DNA from: Candidatus Magasanikiibacteriota bacterium
Lineage (GTDB): Bacteria > Patescibacteriota > Patescibacteriia > Magasanikbacterales > 2-02-FULL-50-9b
NCBI GenBank assembly: GCA_943349075.1
Contig: CALQYY010000001.1
Coordinates: forward strand, 8,312 to 72,311
Direction: 5' to 3'
DNA: 64,000 bases
Positions 31,523 to 41,588 of the stretch are shown here, piece after piece. The notes beneath the pieces are model-generated. The model worked only from the letters and a program-made list of their open reading frames with translations, had not been told where the DNA came from and did not search any database. Every line of letters begins with the position of its first letter. Position 1 is the stretch's first letter. The position numbers and the translations under genes are program-made.

Positions 31523-32005
31523 ATGAAATTTGAAGGCGTACACGAAAAAACATTGGTTCTTATTAAGCCAGATGCAGTTCAGCGCGGACTCGTTGGCGAA
31601 ATCGTCAAGCGTTTCGAAATTAAGGGTCTCCGCATCGTTGGTATGAAAATGATGCGCCTCGACGAAGCAACACTTCGCGAGCACTATGCACACATCGCTG
31701 CAAAGCCGTTTTATCCAACTGTTGAGAAGTTCATGATGTCATCTCCAGTTGTTGCGCTTTGTCTCGAAGGTCTCGAGGTTGTTGACGCTGTTCGCTTGGT
31801 TATGGGAATCACCAAATCACGCGCAGCAGAAGCGGGCTCAATTCGCGGTGACCTTGCGATGGGTTACGGCAACAATGTGATCCACGGATCAGATTCAGTT
31901 GAGAACGCAAAGGCTGAGGTTGCTCGCTTCTTCAAGGAAGAGGAGCTCCTTGATTACACAAAGGACGAATTCATGCACGTGTATTCAGAGGACGAACGCG
32001 TTTAA
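31523..32005 (+). CDS. ndk: nucleoside diphosphate kinase
   Basis: TLVLIKPDAV, GSIRGD, NVIHGSDS. Confidence 0.97.
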   Translation: MKFEGVHEKTLVLIKPDAVQRGLVGEIVKRFEIKGLRIVGMKMMRLDEATLREHYAHIAAKPFYPTVEKFMMSSPVVALCLEGLEVVDAVRLVMGITKSRAAEAGSIRGDLAMGYGNNVIHGSDSVENAKAEVARFFKEEELLDYTKDEFMHVYSEDERV

Positions 32006-32021
32006 ATTTTCTTTCACAGAT

Positions 32022-32052
32022 AAAAGCGGGCCCCGAAACGGGCTCGCTTTTT
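32022..32052 (+). terminator. intrinsic terminator after ndk
   Basis: aaaagcgggccc-cgaaac-gggctcgcttttt. Confidence 0.85.
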
Positions 32053-32055
32053 ATA

Positions 32056-32111
32056 TTGACAAAATGCGGATTTTAGGGTAGGTTGGGAAAAGACCTACGA
32101 GGCTTAGGAGG
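32056..32111 (+). promoter_or_regulatory. promoter TTGACA-17-TAGGTT and SD AGGAGG
   Basis: TTGACA 32056-61, TAGGTT 32079-84, AGGAGG 32106-11. Confidence 0.6.
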
Positions 32112-32116
32112 CCCAC

Positions 32117-33475
32117 ATGACACGGAGTATCTTAGAGTATCTACGGTTGGATCGACCCCAGCTGTTTGCGCAGGTTGCTGCGGATCCATCTCTGGTTGAT
32201 TCGTTGGAGCAGCCGCTGCAGAAAGTGGTGGAAGAGCTGCTTGGGATCGTTCAGCCGATCATGAAAGAGCGGCGTACGATCGACAACGTTCGTCCTGACG
32301 AGGAAAAGGAGATTTTCTCTATCATGACGCGCATTGCTGGGATTCCGGCGAACAGAACGAACATGGCGCTTGCGTCAAAGCGAGTGACCGAAATGCTGGA
32401 GTCGCTCAAGAAAGACTTCATTCTCGCGCAGGTGTCGCACCAGTACGGGTCTGATGGCTCTCTTCATGAGCACGATGTCGTGACACAGGTTTTGACCGCG
32501 TGTTACCCGTGGCTCGATTTCAGTGGCGATGAGGTGGTCGAGCTTGACCACCACGAGCCTATTCTGGAGCTTCGGAGCTGGGCAGCAAATCGTCGACTCA
32601 TTTGCTCAGCCATGTTTTTGCCCTACGCGGCCGGAGATTTGACGCACGAGAGAAATATTCGGATCGTGCGGACATTTCTGGAGAGCAAGAAGACTGGTCT
32701 GTTCAGGGCGCCGCCGGGCGACATCTACCAAGAGAAGGTCAGTGTTCGGTACGACCCTCATGCTGGGTGTGTGTTTGCTGGATTTGATTCACACTCAGCA
32801 AAAAACGTGGTGGTTTTTCCCATGTTGCCGCGCTTCATCTACGTTGCAGAACGTGCCGAGTATCACCAGGTGTTTGTTGAGTTTCGTCCCCGAAAGGATC
32901 CTGCGAGTTGGTTTTGTAAGCGTCTCTCGGGGCGCGACGTTGGAGACGACATCGCCTTTCGGCTCATCGTTCGGACGCGAGAGGAGTGGCTCGCTATTCA
33001 GCCGACGCTCGATCGTGTGATGTGTGGAAAGGAGGTCGGGGGAAAGCCGCACATCATCGATGGGGTGCGCGTTGATGGCGCAAACAATGCTCACAGCGTC
33101 GAAGACGCAGGAGTTCTCTGGAAAGGGACTGTGTGCATTCCCCAGGTTGAGTCGAGTGCTGTTGAGTTGCAAGTTGTGTTGTTCAGCACGTACTGGAACC
33201 GAGTTTACTCGATTTCTCAGGCGAGCGACGCGGTCTACAAGGTGGCACAATGGTTCAAGGTGATCAAGGAGTTGTCGGTCGCTCCTATCGAAGTTGTGTT
33301 CCCTGTAGCAATTCACCCCGAGCTTCGGCGGTGGGGGTACCGAAGCGAGATGTTGCGGACGCGTCTGCTCAAGAAAGTCTCTGACCCTGCCAGAATCGAT
33401 GCTGACGTGCTTGTGTACATCGACCGGGCGGTGGAGCACTTCAGAACCAAGGAGAACTTCAAGCTGTCCGACTAG
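32117..33475 (+). CDS. hypothetical protein with divergent RelA/SpoT-like nucleotidyltransferase motifs in the C-terminal half
   Basis: KDPASWFCK (KxxxSxxxK), DDIAFRLIV (DxxxxR), VELQV (ExQ), ASDAVYK. Confidence 0.6.
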   Translation: MTRSILEYLRLDRPQLFAQVAADPSLVDSLEQPLQKVVEELLGIVQPIMKERRTIDNVRPDEEKEIFSIMTRIAGIPANRTNMALASKRVTEMLESLKKDFILAQVSHQYGSDGSLHEHDVVTQVLTACYPWLDFSGDEVVELDHHEPILELRSWAANRRLICSAMFLPYAAGDLTHERNIRIVRTFLESKKTGLFRAPPGDIYQEKVSVRYDPHAGCVFAGFDSHSAKNVVVFPMLPRFIYVAERAEYHQVFVEFRPRKDPASWFCKRLSGRDVGDDIAFRLIVRTREEWLAIQPTLDRVMCGKEVGGKPHIIDGVRVDGANNAHSVEDAGVLWKGTVCIPQVESSAVELQVVLFSTYWNRVYSISQASDAVYKVAQWFKVIKELSVAPIEVVFPVAIHPELRRWGYRSEMLRTRLLKKVSDPARIDADVLVYIDRAVEHFRTKENFKLSD

Positions 33476-33479
33476 TCCT

Positions 33480-33532
33480 GCCCCTGCGTTTTTGTGGAAT
33501 AACTATCCACCATAAAACGCAGGGGCTTTTTT
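33480..33532 (+). terminator. long hairpin terminator
   Basis: gcccctgcgtttt..gtgga/tccac..aaaacgcaggggc followed by tttttt. Confidence 0.85.
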
Positions 33533-33571
33533 ATTTGTCAGAACGCGGGATTTTCGCTAGTATAGCCTTAC

Positions 33572-34615
33572 ATGAAGTTACTAATTATCACTCAAAAAGT
33601 TGATAACCAGGATGATGTCCTGGGTTTTATGCATCGCTGGATAGAGCAGTTTGCGGCGCAGTGCGAGCAGGTGACAGTGATTTGTTTGTTTGAGGGGCGC
33701 CACGCGCTTCCGGCGAATGTGCGGGTTTTTTCGTTGGGGAAAGAAAAAGGCGTTTCACGTTTGGAATATTTGGTGCGTTTTTTTAGAATTATTTGGCGCG
33801 AGCGTGCGGCGTATGACTCGGTGTTTGTGCACATGAATCAGATTTATGTTTTGCTTGGTGGATTGCTCTGGCGTGCGCTCGGGAAGCGTGTTGCTCTGTG
33901 GTATGCACATGGAGCAGTGCCCTCGTCGCTGCGGGTGGCGGAGAAGATGGTGAATACTGTTTTTACATCAACAAAATCAGGTTTTCGTTTGCCAAGCAAA
34001 AAGATTCGCGTGGTTGGACAGGGAATTGATACGGACTTTTTTTGTCCGAAGGCTCGTGAGGATGCTCAAGGTTTTAGAATTGTTGTGGTTGGGAGAATTT
34101 CGCCGATTAAGGATTATGAGACGTTGATTTTGGCGGCAGAAAAGTTGCAGAGTAAAATTGAAGGTTTGTCTGTTGAAATTGTTGGGGGCGCTGGACTACC
34201 GGAGCAGGAAAAATATTTAGATCAACTCAAAAAGTTGGTCACAGAAAAAAAACTCGAGGGTGTTGTGCGTTTTGCGGGGCCGCTCGCGAACAATGATATT
34301 GTTTCGCGTTTGCAGCGCGCAGATCTTTTTGTTAATACGAGTTTTACAGGAAGTTTGGATAAGGCGATTCTTGAGGCAATGTCGTGCGGAGTTCCGGTTT
34401 TGACGTGCAATGAGGCGCTTCAGGAGGTTTTGGGATCCTACACGAATCAACTCATGTTTGAGAAGAAAGATGTCGACGGTCTTGAAGAAAAGATAAAATT
34501 CTTGGAGGCGATCGGTGAAACAGAAAGAAAAAAACTCGGACAAAATTTGAGGGAGATTGTTGTGCGGGGTCACGGGCTAGAAGGTTTTGTTGCGCGAATT
34601 ATTTCACTACTATGA
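33572..34615 (+). CDS. glycosyltransferase family 4
   Basis: VGRISPIKD, LDKAILEAMSCGVPV. Confidence 0.92.
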   Translation: MKLLIITQKVDNQDDVLGFMHRWIEQFAAQCEQVTVICLFEGRHALPANVRVFSLGKEKGVSRLEYLVRFFRIIWRERAAYDSVFVHMNQIYVLLGGLLWRALGKRVALWYAHGAVPSSLRVAEKMVNTVFTSTKSGFRLPSKKIRVVGQGIDTDFFCPKAREDAQGFRIVVVGRISPIKDYETLILAAEKLQSKIEGLSVEIVGGAGLPEQEKYLDQLKKLVTEKKLEGVVRFAGPLANNDIVSRLQRADLFVNTSFTGSLDKAILEAMSCGVPVLTCNEALQEVLGSYTNQLMFEKKDVDGLEEKIKFLEAIGETERKKLGQNLREIVVRGHGLEGFVARIISLL

Positions 34616-35697
34616 ATCCTGTAAAGTTGTACATGGAAGATTGGTATCGCGAACCGACGTTGCGAAGTTATATTTTTTTGTTGTATCCGCGATGGGGAGT
34701 TGTTGCTAAAAGCTCCATGCCTTATATTGCGGCTGCGGTGACGAAATATAAATATTCTGGCGAGGATTATGTTTTTGTAGATAACATTGCTGATACTGAT
34801 TATGTGCTTGTTCCACATCCGCCCGGACTTTTTTTGAAATTTAATAAGGAAAAATACGAAAAAATAATTGCGCAGGCGCGTGCGGCTAAAAAGTTAATTT
34901 TAATCGAGGGTTCGGGGGATATTGAAATGCCGATGGATGGTGATGATCTGGTTTTGCTGCGTCAAAGTCAGTATCGGTATTCTGCGCGTCCAAATGAAAT
35001 GACGGTGCCGCTACCCGCAGATGATTTGCTTCAAGCGTATTTTGAAAATAAGTTAGTTGTTCGAAAAAAAAGTGAAATTCCGTCGGTTGGTTTTGCGGGT
35101 TGGGCGCAGATTAGTTTGAAACAGCGATTGAAAACGTATTTAAAATTTGCACCAACATTTGTGCGAGCAATCTTTCATCCTGAAAAATTTGCAGAGCAAA
35201 AAGGTGTGTTGCTGCGAGAAAAAGTTTTAAAAAAATTATTTGCAACTCAAGGAATTAAGACAAATTTTTTGGGACGCACAAGTTATGCAGGGAATCCGGT
35301 AACCGCTTCTGGGTCAATGGAAAAAAATCGTCAGGAATTTGTCGAAAATCTTGCGGGGTCTGATTACGCGTTGTGCGTTCGCGGTGATGGAAATTCGTCG
35401 ATCCGTTTTTATGAGGCGCTGAGCCTCGGGAGAATACCATTGTTTTTGGACACAGCATGTGTTTTGCCGTTGGAACATGCGATTGATTATAGAAAGTTTT
35501 GCGTTTTTGTGGACCATAAAGATTTAAATAAAATTGGTGAGAAGCTTTTAGAGTTTCATAAAAATTGTAGTGCGGCTGAATTTGAGCAAATGCAACTTCA
35601 CGCGCGTGAAGCGTATGAAAAATATTTACGACCAGATGCTTTCCCAAAACACTTAGCGGAGGAGCTCAGTGTGTATGCTGCAAAATATTATGAATAA
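34612..35697 (+). CDS. exostosin (GT47)-like glycosyltransferase
   Basis: SDYALCVRGDGNSSIRFYEALSLGRIP. Confidence 0.8.
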   Translation: MNPVKLYMEDWYREPTLRSYIFLLYPRWGVVAKSSMPYIAAAVTKYKYSGEDYVFVDNIADTDYVLVPHPPGLFLKFNKEKYEKIIAQARAAKKLILIEGSGDIEMPMDGDDLVLLRQSQYRYSARPNEMTVPLPADDLLQAYFENKLVVRKKSEIPSVGFAGWAQISLKQRLKTYLKFAPTFVRAIFHPEKFAEQKGVLLREKVLKKLFATQGIKTNFLGRTSYAGNPVTASGSMEKNRQEFVENLAGSDYALCVRGDGNSSIRFYEALSLGRIPLFLDTACVLPLEHAIDYRKFCVFVDHKDLNKIGEKLLEFHKNCSAAEFEQMQLHAREAYEKYLRPDAFPKHLAEELSVYAAKYYE

Positions 35698-36676
35698 AAA
35701 AATATCCGTAGTAATTCCGGTATATAACGAAGTTCAGACAATTGAAAAGCTTCTGAGTGAGTTGCAGAAACTTCCAGAGCACGCGGATTTTGAATGGGAA
35801 TATATTTTTGTAGACGATGGTAGCAATGATGAGAGTTTAAAAAAAATAGAAGTATGTGCAAAGACATATAGTCAGGTTTGTTTTCTTGCGTTTACGCGAA
35901 ATTTTGGAAAAGAAGCTGCTGTTGCTGCGGGCATTGAAGTATCATCGGGTGATGCTGTTGTTATTATTGATGCGGACTTGCAGCATCCTCCTGCAATTAT
36001 TTCTGAATTTATTAAAAAATGGAATGATGGCGCGCTTGTTGTTAGTGGTGTGCGCACTGTTCGTCAACACGATGGTGTTATCAGAAAAGCTGGATCGCGA
36101 ATCTTTTATGGTGTCATGTCGCTTTTGACACATGAAAAAAAGATGCAGGTTGAATCAACTGATTTTCGATTGCTCGACAGAATCGTTGTTAGTGAATTTT
36201 TGCGTTTAAAAGAGCATCGAAGACTAAATCGATCGCTTATAGATTGGCTTGGGTTTCAAAGTGTTGATGTACGTTTTGACGTAGCAGATCGCTCTCAGGG
36301 GTCTGCGCGGTATAGCTATAGTAAACTCACAAAAACAGCAATTGGTGCGATTGTATCCAACAGTCAAATTCCACTTTCATTAGCTGGTTATCTTGGTTGT
36401 CTCATAACTTTTTTTGCAGGATTTTTGGGTCTCTTTATCATTGTTGAACAGCTTATTTTGAAAGACCCATGGCGCTTGAATGCGTCCGCATCTGCAATGA
36501 TGGCGGTGTTTATTTTATTCTTGAACGGGATTGTTTTGATGTGTCTTGGGCTTATATCACTATACATCGGTTCAATTCACGAAGAGTCGCTCGGGCGTCC
36601 GTTGTATGTTGTTGGTAAGCGTTCTAGTTTTTCTTCGAATGTTTCGCAAAGAACTGAGAAAGAAGAAACGAACTAA
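35690..36676 (+). CDS. glycosyltransferase family 2 (polyprenol-phosphate glycosyltransferase, GtrB-like)
   Basis: SVVIPVYNE, VDDGSND, RNFGKEAA, DADLQHPP, two C-terminal TMs. Confidence 0.92.
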   Translation: MNKKISVVIPVYNEVQTIEKLLSELQKLPEHADFEWEYIFVDDGSNDESLKKIEVCAKTYSQVCFLAFTRNFGKEAAVAAGIEVSSGDAVVIIDADLQHPPAIISEFIKKWNDGALVVSGVRTVRQHDGVIRKAGSRIFYGVMSLLTHEKKMQVESTDFRLLDRIVVSEFLRLKEHRRLNRSLIDWLGFQSVDVRFDVADRSQGSARYSYSKLTKTAIGAIVSNSQIPLSLAGYLGCLITFFAGFLGLFIIVEQLILKDPWRLNASASAMMAVFILFLNGIVLMCLGLISLYIGSIHEESLGRPLYVVGKRSSFSSNVSQRTEKEETN

Positions 36677-37904
36677 GCGCAAGATTAAAAACACGGCTTG
36701 CGATTTTTGCAATAACTGCGCCTAAGATAAAATATTTTGGAATCAAAACAAAAAGCGCGGCAATATTAAAACATGCAGAGGCAATATTGAAAATATATAG
36801 CTCGCGTTTTGCTGTATGTGCTTGGAGAACTGCGACAGGAATTATTGTTGCGATTGGAATCAGCGCAAACACGTATATTTGTGTGTAATAAATTGAATCC
36901 GCGTATTTCGGAAAAAGGTAGTCGAAAATGTATGGCGCAGCAAAATAAAACACAATAGAAACGAGTGTTGCTAGGAATGTGAAACCAATAATTTTTCTCC
37001 AAAATGATTCTTTGATTTCGCTAATATCACGGTTTGCAAATTTTGGAAATGCAAGAACGGATGCTGTATTAAAAAGCGCTTTAAGTTGGTCGGGAATTGC
37101 TTTTGTAAAACTATAAACAGCAAGCTGGGCTGCGCCTAAATAGTGAAAAGTTAATATCTGATCGATTTGCGTCGAAATCGTGTTCAATATATTCATCGCA
37201 CTAAAATGAGCACCGACCTCGAGAAGGTTTTCACTGTTGATTGTATTTGGCTTGTATTTTTTGAATGTCCAGACGCATAAGGATGCTCCTGTAAGAATAT
37301 GAACAACAAGATAAATTAAAAAGAATGTTAGAGGGTTTTGAACAAAAAATGTTCCTACGAGGAGTGCGATAGCAGGAATTGCATTAAGTATAATTCCGAA
37401 ATAGCTATTAAATCGAAACTCTTTTTTTCCTTCGAGAAATGATCCGTATAAGTAGGCAAGCTGAAAGAGCGGTCCGAGAATCGCAATAGCAAGTGCTCCA
37501 AGACCAAGTGTTGGGTTTGTGTGATAGAAATGGTAGTAAGCAATTCCAAATGCAATTGCAGACATTGGAGCGCTACCAATAATTGAATATTTAAATGACT
37601 GTCTGTAGGCACCCTCTTTTCCTTGGGCTATTGCACGAACGACTGCGGCTGAAAGGCCTGTAAATGAAAAAGCGGTGAGGGTCCAAAACAATGAAAGAAG
37701 AAAGCGGTAAGTTCCGTAGACCTCCTTTGAGACATATCGAGCAAAAGTGATTGATAGGATGAACGCTATGAAACTAATTCCTACTTGGCCAAATCCTAGC
37801 CAGAAACCACCCTTTGCTAAATACACCATATCTGTTTTGGTGTATTTTTCAGATGTTCGCAAAAGGCTGTAAATCCTGTTTCGAAGCTTTGGCAAAAGTT
37901 CCAT
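36624..37904 (-). CDS. oligosaccharide flippase (Wzx/MOP family)
   Basis: about 12 TM helices, ARYVSKEVYGTY, located in the glycan locus. Confidence 0.85.
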   Translation of the reverse strand: MELLPKLRNRIYSLLRTSEKYTKTDMVYLAKGGFWLGFGQVGISFIAFILSITFARYVSKEVYGTYRFLLSLFWTLTAFSFTGLSAAVVRAIAQGKEGAYRQSFKYSIIGSAPMSAIAFGIAYYHFYHTNPTLGLGALAIAILGPLFQLAYLYGSFLEGKKEFRFNSYFGIILNAIPAIALLVGTFFVQNPLTFFLIYLVVHILTGASLCVWTFKKYKPNTINSENLLEVGAHFSAMNILNTISTQIDQILTFHYLGAAQLAVYSFTKAIPDQLKALFNTASVLAFPKFANRDISEIKESFWRKIIGFTFLATLVSIVFYFAAPYIFDYLFPKYADSIYYTQIYVFALIPIATIIPVAVLQAHTAKRELYIFNIASACFNIAALFVLIPKYFILGAVIAKIASRVFNLALSSFLLSQFFAKHSKKN

Positions 37905-37910
37905 AGTATT

Positions 37911-38549
37911 TTATTTTTTTGCAGTCACCAAATACCCGAGTGGATAATGGTTCTCGTTGTAGTTTTTTCTACTCTGCTTGCTTAGCTTCTGAAAAAGTTT
38001 GTCGAGCCAAGATGCAATGAAAGAGCAGGGTAGTTCAACAATGTGACTTAGTTTTTGTGGGAGATGGCGGCCTAGCATTAAATGTCGAGCTTTCATAATG
38101 CCTGGTGCGATTGGTGTTATCGTAATTGATGAAAATCCGATATTCTCAAGAAGTTTTTTTAACGCTTGGTCGGTGAAGCGGTGGTAATCGTTCGGTGATG
38201 GGTGAATTGGAAACATGAACGGCACAACGATCAAAACCGAACCGTCTTTTTTGAGTACGCGAAATGTTTCGGTTAATAATTGATGGTAATTGAAAACGTG
38301 CTCAATGACGTTCATGAGAATAGCGCCATCGTAGTGATTGTTGGGAATGGAGAGTGGTTTTTCTAGATCGGCAACAATGTCTGGTTTTGCATCGACGTCG
38401 ATATTGAGAGACGTTGCTTTAAAATTACCTTTGATCAGGTTATGATATTCCGCAGTTGTTCCACCACCTAAATCTAAAACCGAACCATTGAGTGTTTCTG
38501 ACTGAAGAAGCTGATAGGTTGATCGTCGAAAAATACTAAGCATAATCAT
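37911..38549 (-). CDS. class I SAM-dependent methyltransferase
   Basis: VLDLGGG, NVIEHV, PFMFPIHPSPNDYHRFT; start uncertain. Confidence 0.85.
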   Translation of the reverse strand: MIMLSIFRRSTYQLLQSETLNGSVLDLGGGTTAEYHNLIKGNFKATSLNIDVDAKPDIVADLEKPLSIPNNHYDGAILMNVIEHVFNYHQLLTETFRVLKKDGSVLIVVPFMFPIHPSPNDYHRFTDQALKKLLENIGFSSITITPIAPGIMKARHLMLGRHLPQKLSHIVELPCSFIASWLDKLFQKLSKQSRKNYNENHYPLGYLVTAKK

Positions 38550-38632
38550 CGAAGTATACGGTTCTGTGTCACTAGTTGTCAAAATAAAAACTCACCAGAA
38601 TATGGTGAGTAATTATCGATATTTAATGAAAA

Positions 38633-38818
38633 TTAAACAATCTCTTTTGCAAGTTTAGTCACTGTTTTCCAGCAGTTTGTGCAGATGAGTACGCGAGTAC
38701 CCAAAACACGACGTGGCTGCAAATTAATGCTTGACCACTTTTTTGACTGGATGTTTGAGTGACTGCGTGTTGCAGAGCGGACAGGGCCGCGGGTGCAAAG
38801 TTTACAGATTTGAGCCAT
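38633..38818 (-). CDS. rpmB: 50S ribosomal protein L28
   Basis: MAQICKLC..RSHSNI..INLQ..CTNC. Confidence 0.9.
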   Translation of the reverse strand: MAQICKLCTRGPVRSATRSHSNIQSKKWSSINLQPRRVLGTRVLICTNCWKTVTKLAKEIV

Positions 38819-38892
38819 AGTGTTACGCTTTACTCGTAATTTCAAGTGCTAGAAGTGTATCAGAAACACGTTAATTAAGCAAGGGGTCGCCT

Positions 38893-39489
38893 ATGGATAT
38901 CATTTTTGACATTATCATCATTGTATTTTCCGCTATTTTGCATGAAATTTCTCACGGACTGGCGGCGCGGGCGCTGGGGGACAAGACTGCTGAATATGCA
39001 GGAAGGTTGACGCTTAACCCGATGGCACATATCGATCCTTATGGCTCGGTCATCATGCCGTTATTTTTGTGGTTTGTGTCGGGTGGACGATTTTTGTTCG
39101 CATACGCAAAACCAGTTCCGTTTAATCCGTACAATCTAAGAAATCAAAAGTGGGGACCTGCACTCGTTGGACTTGCGGGGCCGGCAACGAATTTCGCAAT
39201 TGCAATCGTGCTTGCTGGAATTATTCGGCTCGACCTGTTTTCATTTGGAATTGCTGAGTTTCTAGTTCGTGTTTTGCTTATCAACCTTTCGCTTGGTGTG
39301 TTTAATTTATTGCCAATTCCACCACTTGATGGTTCGCGTCTTATGTATGTTTTTTTGCCGCGACGGCTTGAGCGATATAAAGCAATGTTTGAGCAGTATG
39401 GAATGTGGGTTGCCCTACTTTTTGTTTTCTTTTTTTCGTACCTACTCTTGTATCCGATTGAATGGATCGCGCGGATTTTGATTGGATAA
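38893..39489 (+). CDS. site-2 protease family (M50) membrane metalloprotease
   Basis: HEISH, LAGPATN, FNLLPIPPLDG. Confidence 0.93.
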   Translation: MDIIFDIIIIVFSAILHEISHGLAARALGDKTAEYAGRLTLNPMAHIDPYGSVIMPLFLWFVSGGRFLFAYAKPVPFNPYNLRNQKWGPALVGLAGPATNFAIAIVLAGIIRLDLFSFGIAEFLVRVLLINLSLGVFNLLPIPPLDGSRLMYVFLPRRLERYKAMFEQYGMWVALLFVFFFSYLLLYPIEWIARILIG

Positions 39490-39493
39490 AATT

Positions 39494-40645
39494 ATGAAAA
39501 AATTGGTTTACATTGCAAATAATCGAATGCCTGCAGAGAGAGCGTACAGTTCTCAAATTATGTCCATGTGCATGGAATTTGCTGAATTATGTTCACAACG
39601 TAATTGGAATTTTGAGCTAGTCATTCCTCGTCGATATTTACCAGCAGGAGAGGATGTTTTTTCTTATCATGGTTTTGAAAAAAAATTTAATGTAGTTTAT
39701 CTAGCTTGTTATGATGCAATACATCTAATACCTCAATTAGGGCAGCTTGCATATTGGCTCCAATCAATAACTTTTGTTGCTAGTTTATTGTTGTGGCGTC
39801 TTAAACAAACAGACAAAATAACTGTTTACACAAGAGAGATCTATATTTCAGCATTTTTTTCTCAAAGTGCTTATGAAATGCACACTATTCCGGAGAGAGC
39901 ATCGTGGTTATTACGCAGGTTATTGCGGCGTTGCACATATATCATTGCGATTACACATGGAATGAAACGAGATTTAATCTCTCTTGGATGTGATGCTGAG
40001 CGCATTTTGGTTGCGTCTGACGGCATTGATCTAGAGCGATTTGGTAATGAGATTAGCAAAGAATCTGCTCGTAGAGATCTTGTACTACCCGTTGATAAAT
40101 TTATTGTTGTCTATGCGGGTAGTTTTTTTCAGCATCTATGGAAGGGGGTGACTACTTTACTGAGTGCTGCAAAGAAATTGGATCATGAGACGCATATACT
40201 GTTTATTTTTGTCGGAGGGCATCCGGAAGAGATTGATGCGATAAACGAAGGTCTTAAGAACTATGAGAATATTAAGCTCGTTGAGCACTCACCATTTCAA
40301 GTGGTGAGAAAGTATTTAGCTGCTGCAGATGTTCTGGTTATCCCTAACAATAGCGGATATCGCGTCTCAAATCACTATACGTCGCCGCTAAAATTATTCG
40401 AATATATGGCTGCGCAGCGATTAATTGTTGCTTCAGATTTGCCATCCATTAAAGAAATTATTAGTGAAGAAAGTGCTGTATTTTTTGAGCCAAATAATGT
40501 TGATGATTTATCATCTGTACTGCAGAATTTGTCGCATAATTATGGTCTACATAAACAAAAAGTGTTTAATTCGTTTAATCTAGTAAAATCCTATACATGG
40601 AAAAAGCGTGCTGAGCGCATTTTAGGCTTTTTGGATTTACATTAA
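39494..40645 (+). CDS. glycosyltransferase family 4
   Basis: KGVTTLL, SPLKLFEYMA..IVASD. Confidence 0.9.
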   Translation: MKKLVYIANNRMPAERAYSSQIMSMCMEFAELCSQRNWNFELVIPRRYLPAGEDVFSYHGFEKKFNVVYLACYDAIHLIPQLGQLAYWLQSITFVASLLLWRLKQTDKITVYTREIYISAFFSQSAYEMHTIPERASWLLRRLLRRCTYIIAITHGMKRDLISLGCDAERILVASDGIDLERFGNEISKESARRDLVLPVDKFIVVYAGSFFQHLWKGVTTLLSAAKKLDHETHILFIFVGGHPEEIDAINEGLKNYENIKLVEHSPFQVVRKYLAAADVLVIPNNSGYRVSNHYTSPLKLFEYMAAQRLIVASDLPSIKEIISEESAVFFEPNNVDDLSSVLQNLSHNYGLHKQKVFNSFNLVKSYTWKKRAERILGFLDLH

Positions 40646-40670
40646 ATATTATGATAAAGTTGCTGACGCT

Positions 40671-41582
40671 ATGAAGAAAAATGAAAAAATTATAATTACA
40701 GGAGGTCTAGGGTTCATATTCTCTTATGTGACTGAGTATTATGTCGCACAAGGTTACGATGTCGTTGTTATTGATAATCAGACAGAAGGGAGTCACCCTG
40801 AAATAATTGATGGCAGCTTTCATTACTACAACCTAGATGTTGCTGAGCCATCAGTAATGAAAATTATAGAGGAGTACAACCCGGATTATATTATTCATGC
40901 TGCGGCTATTTCGGACGTTGATTATTCAATTAGAAATCCATACCAGACTTTGCAAAAAAATATTATGGGTAACCTTAATATTTTTGAAGCTGCGCGTCAT
41001 CTTACAAACTTGAAAAAAATTGTATACGTCTCTACGGATGAAGTGTATGGTGAGTGCGAACATTTAAAGCGTGAGGATGAAATCATTTTTCCAAAAAATC
41101 CTTACTCATGTTCTAAGGCTGTTGGTTCGCTATTTCGGATTGCATTTGAAAGTACCTTTAGTGAGTTGAAGGATAAGACTGCTGAAACGCGTTTTTGCAA
41201 TGTATTTGGACCTCGTCAGGATAGTAGAAAAATTTTACCGGCTATTAAAGAGGGTCTTGAGAAGGGGAAATCATTACCATTACACAGCGAAGGAAAAGGT
41301 TATCGTGAATATATTTACGTCAAAAATATTCCTGAAGCCGTTGATCTCATTTTACATAACGGTAATCGTACATATAATCTTACCTTAAATGAGGGCTTTA
41401 CTGTTTCAGAGCTGATTAATAAAGTTGAAAAAGTTTCAGGCAAGAAAATTATGACACACCCAACAGATCGGCCAGGAATGGATCTTAAATATCAAATGGA
41501 TAATAGTAGAATTATGGAACTTGGTTGGAAACCTCTATACAGTTTCGAGCAAGGTCTTACTGAATATTTAGGGGAGCTCTAA
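40671..41582 (+). CDS. NDP-glucose 4,6-dehydratase (RmlB-like)
   Basis: TGGLGFIFS, VSTDEVYG (TDE catalytic motif), YSCSK. Confidence 0.85.
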   Translation: MKKNEKIIITGGLGFIFSYVTEYYVAQGYDVVVIDNQTEGSHPEIIDGSFHYYNLDVAEPSVMKIIEEYNPDYIIHAAAISDVDYSIRNPYQTLQKNIMGNLNIFEAARHLTNLKKIVYVSTDEVYGECEHLKREDEIIFPKNPYSCSKAVGSLFRIAFESTFSELKDKTAETRFCNVFGPRQDSRKILPAIKEGLEKGKSLPLHSEGKGYREYIYVKNIPEAVDLILHNGNRTYNLTLNEGFTVSELINKVEKVSGKKIMTHPTDRPGMDLKYQMDNSRIMELGWKPLYSFEQGLTEYLGEL

Positions 41583-41588
41583 GAGATT

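Noticed and set aside
32795-33439. Long antisense ORFs (also 16648-17328, 47563-48174, 55343-55942, 59493-60092)
   Set aside because: Shadows of real genes on the opposite strand, with no motifs or expression signals
36624-36676. 53-nt convergent overlap of the GT2 and flippase genes
   Set aside because: Involves only low-complexity C-terminal tails; common in compact genomes
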